From positions 1 through 19,602 of the forward strand of contig JBDKRC010000231.1 in the NCBI GenBank assembly GCA_039683575.1: DNA of 19,602 nucleotides. The letters are read 5' to 3'. Source of the stretch: Armatimonadia bacterium. Its GTDB lineage: Bacteria; Armatimonadota; Zipacnadia; Zipacnadales; UBA11051. This document shows, one piece after another, positions 8,410 to 16,065 of this stretch. Under the pieces are notes generated by a model that was not told the origin of the DNA, did not search any database, and was given only the letters and a program-made list of their open reading frames with translations. How positions within the stretch are numbered: position 1 is the first letter of the stretch; each line of letters starts with the position of its first letter. A program made the position numbers and the translations under genes.

Positions 8410-10107
8410 ATGGCCAATCATCGGCTGCTTTTCGCCCTCCTCGTCCTGATCATACTGGCGCTCACGGCCGCCCCGGCGCAGGAAGCATACTGCTACCTGC
8501 GCGAGGTGAAGGTGACGGCGCTCAGCAACGGCGTTCAGATTGAGGTCAAGGCCGACGGGATTCTGAGCTGGGACTGGGAGGAGTGGGAGGGCTCACGCTA
8601 TGGGGAGGTAACTTCGGCTACCTTCCGCTTCCCGACCGCCAGGTTAGGCCTGGACAAGACGCTCTATGATGTCGAGCAAGCTCCGGTGAACACCGTCAGC
8701 CTTGCTGTGCCTCAAAATGCCCGGGGCGGCGTCGGGGTGAGCATGACGGTGAACATGAGCGAGGGCGCGCGCGTACAGCCTGACCTCAGCGAGGACCGGC
8801 AGACTTTCCTGCTCACTGTGCATGGCTCCCGCACCGTCGAGCGCGAGACCAAGAACGGCGAAGAGAGCAAGTCGAAGGACAACCACGAGGGGGAACTAAG
8901 CGTCAAGCCGCTGAAGGATGGAACGCTGGCTGTCCGTGCTACCAAAGCCGACCTGCACGAGGTTGTGGCTGAGGTCGCCAAGCTGGGCGGGATCAGCGTC
9001 GCCGTGGATGACGCCGTCCAGCGCAAAGTCAGCCTGAACCTCGACGGCCGCGAGTCGCTCGGGGTCATCAAGAGCATCGCGGTCGCCTACGGTCTCGCCC
9101 TGTCCTGCGTCGGCGACGTCTACATGCTCAGCGAGGGCGTTCCCACCGACCTGCCCAGCTACCGGCGCAGTGCCACGGCTTCTTTTCCCACGCGCTACAT
9201 GAAAGCCAAGGATGCCACCACGCTGCTGCCGACGTTCCTGTTCAAGTACCTCCACGACAACCCGGAGCAGAACGCGGTAGTAGTGACGGCGCCCTCGCAG
9301 ATGCTGGATAAGATCCGCAGCGACCTGGTCGCCATTGACGTGCCCCCACCGATGATCCTGGTTGAGTGCGTCGTCTGCGAGTTGACCGACACCTCCGATC
9401 TCGACACCCAATTCCGGTGGCTGTACCAGAGCCAGGAGCACGAGTACGGCGCCAACAGCGGCACTGGAGACTTGGTCGGGCAGTCACAGGAAATGGCGGG
9501 CGGCCTGGCCTCCGCCATCGCCCCCGCCCCGATCCTGCAGGCCTGGCTCAAGGCCCTGCAGACGCGCGGGAAGGCGGAAGTCAACGCTCACCCCTCAATG
9601 GCCGCTGTGAATGGCAAGCAGGCCGAGATTTTCATCGGCTCCCAGCGGTTCATCAAGGTAACATACTACCGCGGCGGTCAGCTTCAGGAGCGCATCGATA
9701 CCGTGCCGGTGGGCATCCGTCTCCGCGTCCGGCCCTGGACCGGCGGCAATCAGGAGATCACAACCAACCTGCACGTGGAAGTGTCCAACATCGTCGAACT
9801 CGATCCGCAGACGGGTGTGCCGCGACTCAGCACCCGTGAAGCCACGTCCACTCTCCGCACCCGCGATGGCGATGTGATCGTCATCGGCGGGCTATCGCAG
9901 CGTCAGCAAGAGAAGACCTGGCGGCGGGTGCCCATCCTCGGCAGTCTCCCGATCATCGGCCCGCTCTTCCGCAGCCGCGCCAGCGGCAGCAACAACACCG
10001 AACTGGTCATCCTCATTCGCCCGCGCCTGCTCGATGAAAACGGCCGGCTGCCCGCTGATGAGGACGGGGCGCTGCGCGAAAAGTTCCTGTCGGGCGAACA
10101 GAAGTAG
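8410..10107 (+). CDS. Secretin-family outer-membrane protein, paralog 3 (565 aa): AMIN-like, N0, N3 and secretin domains
   Basis: LKALQTRGKAEVNAHP, NGKQAEIFIG, STLRTRDGDVIVIGGL, VPILGSLPIIGPLFRS, TELVILIRPRLL. ATG 8410 has AAGGA 8 nt upstream; alternative GTG 8404 overlaps the paralog 2 stop. Confidence 0.93.
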   Translation: MANHRLLFALLVLIILALTAAPAQEAYCYLREVKVTALSNGVQIEVKADGILSWDWEEWEGSRYGEVTSATFRFPTARLGLDKTLYDVEQAPVNTVSLAVPQNARGGVGVSMTVNMSEGARVQPDLSEDRQTFLLTVHGSRTVERETKNGEESKSKDNHEGELSVKPLKDGTLAVRATKADLHEVVAEVAKLGGISVAVDDAVQRKVSLNLDGRESLGVIKSIAVAYGLALSCVGDVYMLSEGVPTDLPSYRRSATASFPTRYMKAKDATTLLPTFLFKYLHDNPEQNAVVVTAPSQMLDKIRSDLVAIDVPPPMILVECVVCELTDTSDLDTQFRWLYQSQEHEYGANSGTGDLVGQSQEMAGGLASAIAPAPILQAWLKALQTRGKAEVNAHPSMAAVNGKQAEIFIGSQRFIKVTYYRGGQLQERIDTVPVGIRLRVRPWTGGNQEITTNLHVEVSNIVELDPQTGVPRLSTREATSTLRTRDGDVIVIGGLSQRQQEKTWRRVPILGSLPIIGPLFRSRASGSNNTELVILIRPRLLDENGRLPADEDGALREKFLSGEQK

Positions 10108-10125
10108 TTGCCGCCCGGGAAGACC

Positions 10126-10157
10126 GAAATGGCCCCGGATTGCTCCGGGGCCATTTC
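10126..10157. terminator. Probable bidirectional terminator closing the secretin operon and the convergent hydrolase gene
   Basis: Perfect 14-bp stem GAAATGGCCCCGGA / TCCGGGGCCATTTC with a 4-nt loop (TTGC, read as GCAA GNRA tetraloop on the minus strand). Confidence 0.85.
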
Positions 10158-10182
10158 TGCTCGTACTCGCTCTGTTTCAGGT

Positions 10183-12267
10183 TCAGGGATAGTCGAACGT
10201 CATCACCAGGTCAGCAACCCCATTCTGCACCCCTCGCATCCGCACCGCCCGCCACAGCGCCTCGCCCACGTCATAGCTATTCGCCGCGCCAAATTGCAGC
10301 GCATTGCGACCCGCCGGAGACTCTGTCACGAACTTCCCCGGCGCGTCCAGCACCAGCTTATCATCCACAAACACCTTCATATCCTGCCCTCTGATCGCGA
10401 TCCGGTAGGTGTGGAAGGCATCCGTGGTGTCCATGGCATACTTCAGCGCCCCCAGGCTCAGCCCGTCAGGCTTGAGGTACAGCCGCTCCAGAGCGATCCC
10501 GTTGCTGAACATCACGCTGCTCAGACCGGACACTACCTTTGCCTCCAACTCCGCCACCGTCTCGCGCTCCGGTTCGGCATTCCACGCGTAGGTGTAGTAG
10601 AGGTAATCGCCCACCTGTGTGCCGCGGTCGGCCACGAGCAGCGCCCCCTCCCGCACCTCCGCCAACGTTCGCGCCCCAGGCTTGTCGCTGCCCCACGGCA
10701 GGGCGGGTTTCTTGTCGCCCGTCCAGGTCACATCCCAATCGTCCTCCCCGGCCTGCGGATCAGCCCCTGTGATCTCGACCTCGTTCCGCCCTGGCCGTAT
10801 CATCTTCGCTGCTACCTGATATTGCCACCAGCCCGCTACCGCCTTCGGCGCGGCCAGGTCCTGCCCATTCAGCCGCACCTGCGGGGCTTTGCTGCCCGTG
10901 GTGAGCAGGTTCAGCCGGATGTCCGCCATCACGGCTGCCTCGGTCGTCTCTCCAAGCATCAGCGGCACCGTCACCGTCTTGCCCGCAGGCAGCGTCAGTG
11001 GCTCGTCGGGTGTCAGCACCGGCACGTTCTGGAAGCGCTTGCCGTCCGCCAGTGACATGTTCGCTGAGTAGTTCCGCACCGTCGCAAAGTACGTCTTGTC
11101 CAGCTTCGCCAACTCCGACGGATCGCCCATTTCCCGCAGCAGCGGCGATTTCGCGGCGAAGAAGTTGAACGTGTAGACCCCGTCGGCCCCGCTCTGCCAG
11201 ATCCGCGCCGCCCTTGCCCGGTAGCTCTCCTGGGATTGGCGCCGGTATGGCGGCCCTTCCGCGCGTACCCGGCTCTCGCTCAGGCACGGGTACACCGGGA
11301 CGTCGTACTTGTGCCCAAGCTGCACGAGGTACTCCCACGGGTGGAGCTGGAAATAGCAGGTTCCCACCAGCACATCCACCAGCCCCTCCTTCAGCCACCG
11401 CTCGATGTCCAGGCCCACTGCCCGCGAGTACTCAACGGAATCCGGCACGCGAACCGCGATCAGGATCGGCCGCCCGCGCTTGCGCCCCTCGGCGTCGGCC
11501 ATCGTCCGCACGCGCCGCAACAGGTCGGTCATCATGTCAAGCTCAGCCTGGCTCGCCGTGCCGCCGTATGCCACCGACTTGAAGTAGCAAAGATGCCGCC
11601 AGAAGTCCAGTTCGATGCCATCCACGTCGTAGTTCTGGCAGACTTCCTCGAGGTACTTGAAGGCCAGGTCCCGCACTTCCGGCCGCCCATAGTCCACCGC
11701 GCTCCACTGCCCGTACTTGGGCTTGTTCTCAAGCGAGCCGATCAGGTACTCCGGGTGCCGTGCCTTCAGCGGCGGGAACAGTGGGTACGGCTTGTCCGGG
11801 CTGTGTGCCCCGTCGTGGGTGTCATTCATCCGCATCGAAAAGAAGACTTCGATGTTGTTGGCATGGCCATAGTCCACGATCATCTTCAGCGCGTCAGTAC
11901 CCATGTCAATGAGCTCTCGCGCGATATTCCTGCTCCCGAAGATGGGGTGGTCCAGCACCGTGCCCGCCTTGGTGTTGTGGGTGAAGTAGCTGAAACCGGA
12001 ACTGATGGGGCAGTAGAAGATTGTGTCCACCTGCGAGCCGAGCAGCGGCGAGGTCCGCTGGGCCAGAACATTCTCGACCGTCACCGGCAGGTCTTTGGGG
12101 TAGTAGATCACCTCGTTGCCATCGTTGTTGAGGATGATCCGTCGCTTGCGGTGCGCCAGTTCCCGGCGCTGCTGCGCGAAGTTATCCTGCGACCAGCCTT
12201 CCGCCGCGAGGCCGAGAACCACAGTAGTCAGCATGGCGAGGTGAAGTAGGTTGTTCATGCCCGTCAT
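10183..12267 (-). CDS. Secreted putative glycoside hydrolase (GHL10-like TIM barrel) with C-terminal beta-sandwich and ConA/lectin-like domain
   Basis: Signal peptide. RRIILNNDG, FFSMRMNDTH, DYGRPEVRD, YDVDGIELDFWR and GADGVYTFN fit the GHL10-like family. C-terminal DTTDAFHTYRI...KVFVD and LQFGA are ConA-like. Start may instead be ATG 12258. Confidence 0.75.
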   Translation of the reverse strand: MTGMNNLLHLAMLTTVVLGLAAEGWSQDNFAQQRRELAHRKRRIILNNDGNEVIYYPKDLPVTVENVLAQRTSPLLGSQVDTIFYCPISSGFSYFTHNTKAGTVLDHPIFGSRNIARELIDMGTDALKMIVDYGHANNIEVFFSMRMNDTHDGAHSPDKPYPLFPPLKARHPEYLIGSLENKPKYGQWSAVDYGRPEVRDLAFKYLEEVCQNYDVDGIELDFWRHLCYFKSVAYGGTASQAELDMMTDLLRRVRTMADAEGRKRGRPILIAVRVPDSVEYSRAVGLDIERWLKEGLVDVLVGTCYFQLHPWEYLVQLGHKYDVPVYPCLSESRVRAEGPPYRRQSQESYRARAARIWQSGADGVYTFNFFAAKSPLLREMGDPSELAKLDKTYFATVRNYSANMSLADGKRFQNVPVLTPDEPLTLPAGKTVTVPLMLGETTEAAVMADIRLNLLTTGSKAPQVRLNGQDLAAPKAVAGWWQYQVAAKMIRPGRNEVEITGADPQAGEDDWDVTWTGDKKPALPWGSDKPGARTLAEVREGALLVADRGTQVGDYLYYTYAWNAEPERETVAELEAKVVSGLSSVMFSNGIALERLYLKPDGLSLGALKYAMDTTDAFHTYRIAIRGQDMKVFVDDKLVLDAPGKFVTESPAGRNALQFGAANSYDVGEALWRAVRMRGVQNGVADLVMTFDYP

Positions 12268-12293
12268 TTCTCTCCCACAGGAGGCGTACCTGC
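12268..12293 (-). promoter_or_regulatory. sigmaH-like promoter (one nt shorter spacer)
   Basis: Minus strand GCAGGT-N16-AGAA. Confidence 0.35.
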
Positions 12294-12308
12294 CGGGCGT
12301 CAGTGAGC

Positions 12309-12335
12309 GCAGGAGTATTGCGCCGCGAAATGGAA
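12309..12335 (+). promoter_or_regulatory. sigmaH-like promoter for URO-D-like gene
   Basis: GCAGGA(12309-12314)-N17-GGAA(12332-12335). Confidence 0.55.
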
Positions 12336-12380
12336 GCTCTAGATGAGGCTGTCAGCCATCCCGCCACGGAGGAGCGCGCC

Positions 12381-13334
12381 ATGCCTGACGATCGCGTGAA
12401 AGCAATGACCTTCGACTACCCGGAGCACATTCCGGTCGTTGTCAGCCTGCTTCCCGCGGCCTGGATCAAGTACCGCGAGGCGCTCGAAGAGATCGTCCGC
12501 AGGCACCCGATCATCTTCGGCCAGCCGGGCGAACAGCCGCGTGACTATGACTACGTCCCCGAGACCTACGCATCCGGGGAACATGTGGACATCTGGGGCT
12601 GCGTCTGGAGCAACATCAGGCATGGCGCAGAGTCCATCGTCACCGGCCACCCCGTCCCCACTCGCGCCGACGTGCACAGGCTCAAGGCTCCGGCCCCTGG
12701 CTGCGGTTTCAAGCATGGCTTCATGTGGCTGCTGCTCTCGGACCTGCGGGGTTTTGAGGAGTTGATGGTGGACTTCGCCGAGGAGCCACCGGAACTGCAG
12801 ATGCTGATAGATGTTGTCCTGGAGTACAACTGCGGCGAGACCGCCCGCCTGCTTGAGAGCAAGCCGACGATGATGCACTTTGGCGACGACCTCGGCATGC
12901 AGGACCGGCTGGCGATAGGCGAGTACAAGTGGCGCAAGTATCTCAAGCCCTGCTATGCGCGGATGTACGGGATGTGCCATGACGCAGGCGCGAACGTCTA
13001 CATGCACACCGACGGGCACATCATTCCGATCATCAAGGACCTGATCGAGTGCGGCGTGAACGTCATTAACCCTCAGATCCGTGCCAACGGCCTTGAGTAC
13101 CTCGCGCGTGAATGCCGGGGCAAGGTCTGCGTCAGCCTCGACCTCGACCGCCAGCTTTTTCCGTTCGCCACTCCGGCCCAGATTGATGAGCATATCCGCG
13201 AGGCGGTCGACGTCCTGGGCCTGCCCGAGGGCGGTCTATGGCTGATCGCGGAGTGCGGGCCCGACGTCCCCCTCGAAAACATCGAAGCCATCTGCCAGAG
13301 TCTGGAGAAGTATCGCGACTATCACCGCCGCTAG
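12381..13334 (+). CDS. Uroporphyrinogen decarboxylase / MtaA-CmuA methyltransferase-fold protein (317 aa)
   Basis: VDIWGCVW, LRGFEELMVDF, HFGDDLGMQ, YMHTDGHI, DLIECGVNVINPQ, LDLDRQ, PDVPLENIEA. ATG 12381 has GGAGGAG 6 nt upstream. Confidence 0.88.
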   Translation: MPDDRVKAMTFDYPEHIPVVVSLLPAAWIKYREALEEIVRRHPIIFGQPGEQPRDYDYVPETYASGEHVDIWGCVWSNIRHGAESIVTGHPVPTRADVHRLKAPAPGCGFKHGFMWLLLSDLRGFEELMVDFAEEPPELQMLIDVVLEYNCGETARLLESKPTMMHFGDDLGMQDRLAIGEYKWRKYLKPCYARMYGMCHDAGANVYMHTDGHIIPIIKDLIECGVNVINPQIRANGLEYLARECRGKVCVSLDLDRQLFPFATPAQIDEHIREAVDVLGLPEGGLWLIAECGPDVPLENIEAICQSLEKYRDYHRR

Positions 13335-13343
13335 AGGTGCTCC

Positions 13344-13486
13344 ATGCTTGGGAAGGCTAGCCCCGCAGCGAACGGCGGCGAGGCTGCCTTCATGCCTGGT
13401 CCGCAGAAGCCCCTGATCGACCTGCCGATCCGCGTCAGCGGGGTCCAGGACAACGGCTGCACCGCTGTCTACACCAATCGCCGCCC
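13344..13486 (+). pseudogene. Possible gene remnant (~47 codons)
   Basis: Protein-like, mostly G/C-ending codons (GEAAFMPGPQKPLIDLPIRVSGVQDNGCTAVYTNRRP) that give way to palindromes and low-complexity sequence at ~13487. Confidence 0.35.
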
Positions 13487-13534
13487 TGTGGCGCCACACG
13501 GTGGTGCGCCCGGCGCGCCACCTCCAGAATCAGA

Positions 13535-13561
13535 CGGGGCAACCGGTAACCGGTTGCCCCG
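13535..13561. terminator. Perfect hairpin between convergent genes, probable terminator
   Basis: CGGGGCAACCGGT-A-ACCGGTTGCCCCG (13-bp perfect arms). No clear U-tract. Confidence 0.55.
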
Positions 13562-13570
13562 CATGCCGAC

Positions 13571-13594
13571 GGACGGACCACGGTCCGTCCCTAC
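13571..13594 (-). repeat. GTAG-type REP-like element overlapping a stop codon
   Basis: Minus strand GTAG-GGACGGACC-GT-GGTCCGTCC; its TAG is the stop codon of gene 13591-16002. Confidence 0.55.
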
Positions 13595-16002
13595 CGCTCA
13601 ATCACAGCCATCTCACCTTCGGCCAGTCCCAGCCGCACCAGCCGCTTACCCTTCTCAACCCGCTCCTCGCCCCGCTTCTCCGTCTCCTTACCAGCCGCAT
13701 CATACCAGTACACCTTCACGGGCTTGGTGTCCCCGAACGTGAACGTCCCCGGCACCGCGGTGACGATCCGCTCTTTGCCCACCAGCCAGCCTCCGTGAAG
13801 TTCAACGGGCGTGAACGGGAACATGTGCTGCGTGATCGTTGGGTACGGCTGCCTGGGCGTGGCGTAGTAGTAGTACAGGGACCCCCAGATCAACTTCTGC
13901 CGGATGTCGTTGACCAGCGACGGGAAGTCTTTCACCGTCAGGTGGTCGCCCAGCGAGATCGGCGTGTATAGATGCGACCGCGCTGGATACCATCCCGCGG
14001 CAGTCTCCACGAAGCGCGGGAAGTGCAGCTTGGTCATGGTGTCGCTGGTCGCCACCGAGTTGCCGATGAGCAGGCCGCCCTTGTCGAAGATGTACTTGAT
14101 TAGCTCCACCTTGGCAGACAGCGACAGCAGGTGCACAAACGACCGCTGCCGCTTGATCCGGTACTGGTCATCAAGCTCCACGGAGTACCCATCCCAACGG
14201 TCATATGTATAGGGCGTCGAAATCCAGTCCAGTTCATCCCAATACACCCCATCCGCCCCGATCTTGTCCTTGTCGAGAACCATGTCGATGACTCGCTTCA
14301 TCGCCGCCACGTACGAGTTCTCCGGGTTCAGCGCCGGGTAGTTGTACAGGAACGGGATGCCGCACGACTTTGTGTAGCCCTCGTTCTCGTACTGCTTCCC
14401 GTCTTCGGTCGTGATCTGCGCGTCCGGGTGCTTCCGCGGGCCGTCCGGGTCAGTGTTGATGTATCCGTGGATGTACACCAGGCTCTTCACCTGTGGGATC
14501 GCCCGCCTGATCGCTGCACACTGCTCCCGCAGCTTCTGCTGCATCGCCGTCGCCTGCAGCATGTGTTCGCCATGGTAGCACTTCACGTCACCCTTTGGGT
14601 CCATCCACACGCCCGAGGACATGAACCGCAGGCCCCGCTGCTCGGCAATCTCTTTGTATGCCTCGTCACTGGCTGCGCCCAGCCCGAACTGAAAGCCCCC
14701 TGGGATGGTGAAGTTCACGCCCAGATCCCGCCGAGCGAGGTTGATGAAGTCATAGTAATCGGGGCGAAGCACCGGGTAGAGCGACCACCGCAGCGTATAT
14801 GAGGCCTTGGGCGCCAGCGCGAAACTGTTGCTGCGGGCGCCTGCGCCCTTCTCATAGTACAGTGCGCCCTGAATCCGGTACACGTCGTCCACCACCAGCA
14901 GCCCACACCCGCTCTGATCGCCGCTTACGAAGACGGTCGAGTTCTCCAGCCTCTCGACTAGCTTGTTCGCCGGGTCGGGATTGCCACCGAGCCACGCCTC
15001 GGAGATATCCCCCTCCGTCGCCCCAACGTGGTTGTCAAACGCCAGCCCAATCGCCTCGCCCGTCAGGTTCGTCAGGCGATCCTCAACCTCCACATGGTCG
15101 CCAACCATCCGCACCCGCCGCTGCAATGTGTATTCCTTCGCCTGCCCCTCCACCGTCGCCCCGTCGCGCTGGGGTCGCACTTTCACCTTCCACTCAGGCT
15201 GGCCCGCCGCTTCCCTGGCGTCGAGGACGTTGAACCCGCCGCCCTGATATGAGAACCGCGACGTGACCTGTAGCCCCATACCCGGCAGCGTGATCTTCAT
15301 ACCGCCGCCCGGCTGCACCGTCACGACCTTCCGCGCCTCCGCGGTCGCCGGCGGCTGCACCATCAGCCGGTCCGCGCTGAAGGTCTCGGTCTTCAGCTTC
15401 CTTACGCCGGCCGCCGGTTCGTCGGAGAACTCGACTGCCAACTGTTCGAGCACGAAGTCCAGCGACGGCTTGGTCTCCGGGAAGTAGGTCCGCAGCCGCA
15501 TGCCCTCTCCCAGATGCTCGAGCAGCAGCACATTCTCCGTTCCCCGCTTCACCAGGTCGGTCACGTTCAGTTCCAGCCGGTAGGGCGATACCTCGACGAT
15601 CCGGTTTCCGCCAGCCTCCTCGGCTCCCGCCATGCGGAAATCGGGGGCGTACACCACCCGCCATGACGTGTCGCGTACCCACGGCAACTCCAGCCCGCTG
15701 GCCATTCGCGCCGTCATCGGCTTATTGAGCAGGCGCATGTTCGTCCGGTCGAGCGCGCCTGTGATCGGCTCCCCGTTCACCCTCATCCGCAGCGCATGCG
15801 TCGAGCCGCTCGTCTCCGGCGAGTCCATGCGGATGGACACCAGCAACCTTGCTGACCGGTACGTATCCGGCGCCTTGAAGTGGTATTCGCCCGTCTTCCC
15901 GTACTCCACTCGCGACTGTGGCGGTGCCAACGTCAACGTCTCGGCACTCACCACCTGCACAGCCATTGCCGCAACCATGACCACCAATAGTCTTCTCATC
16001 AT
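13591..16002 (-). CDS. Secreted hypothetical protein, probable glycoside hydrolase (~803 aa): beta-sandwich and supersandwich N-terminal domains plus TIM barrel
   Basis: Signal peptide MMRRLLVVMVAAMAVQVVSA. VTDLVKRGTENVL-type sandwich. YTLRWSLYP...DYYDFIN..R domain junction. KSLVYIH and IGADGVYWDE barrel motifs. GAGGTG RBS supports ATG 16002. Confidence 0.7.
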   Translation of the reverse strand: MMRRLLVVMVAAMAVQVVSAETLTLAPPQSRVEYGKTGEYHFKAPDTYRSARLLVSIRMDSPETSGSTHALRMRVNGEPITGALDRTNMRLLNKPMTARMASGLELPWVRDTSWRVVYAPDFRMAGAEEAGGNRIVEVSPYRLELNVTDLVKRGTENVLLLEHLGEGMRLRTYFPETKPSLDFVLEQLAVEFSDEPAAGVRKLKTETFSADRLMVQPPATAEARKVVTVQPGGGMKITLPGMGLQVTSRFSYQGGGFNVLDAREAAGQPEWKVKVRPQRDGATVEGQAKEYTLQRRVRMVGDHVEVEDRLTNLTGEAIGLAFDNHVGATEGDISEAWLGGNPDPANKLVERLENSTVFVSGDQSGCGLLVVDDVYRIQGALYYEKGAGARSNSFALAPKASYTLRWSLYPVLRPDYYDFINLARRDLGVNFTIPGGFQFGLGAASDEAYKEIAEQRGLRFMSSGVWMDPKGDVKCYHGEHMLQATAMQQKLREQCAAIRRAIPQVKSLVYIHGYINTDPDGPRKHPDAQITTEDGKQYENEGYTKSCGIPFLYNYPALNPENSYVAAMKRVIDMVLDKDKIGADGVYWDELDWISTPYTYDRWDGYSVELDDQYRIKRQRSFVHLLSLSAKVELIKYIFDKGGLLIGNSVATSDTMTKLHFPRFVETAAGWYPARSHLYTPISLGDHLTVKDFPSLVNDIRQKLIWGSLYYYYATPRQPYPTITQHMFPFTPVELHGGWLVGKERIVTAVPGTFTFGDTKPVKVYWYDAAGKETEKRGEERVEKGKRLVRLGLAEGEMAVIER

Positions 16003-16065
16003 CAAACTCACCTCGAAAGCTCGCCATTACCTCAGGCCCTGATTCCTGATCGCTGAGACCTGCCT

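Noticed and set aside
5295-10107. Naming the secretins gspD or pilQ, or calling the locus a T2SS, T4P or filamentous prophage
   Set aside because: No companion genes (ATPase, pilins, pilMNOP, Zot/pI, Rep) are present to fix system identity.
12381-13334. Calling the URO-D-fold genes hemE
   Set aside because: They lack the N-terminal P.W.MRQAGR signature of HemE and have no heme-pathway context.
13487-13594. Degenerate CRISPR array or integron attC sites
   Set aside because: The palindromes differ from each other, spacing is irregular, and no cas or intI gene or attC box pattern is evident.
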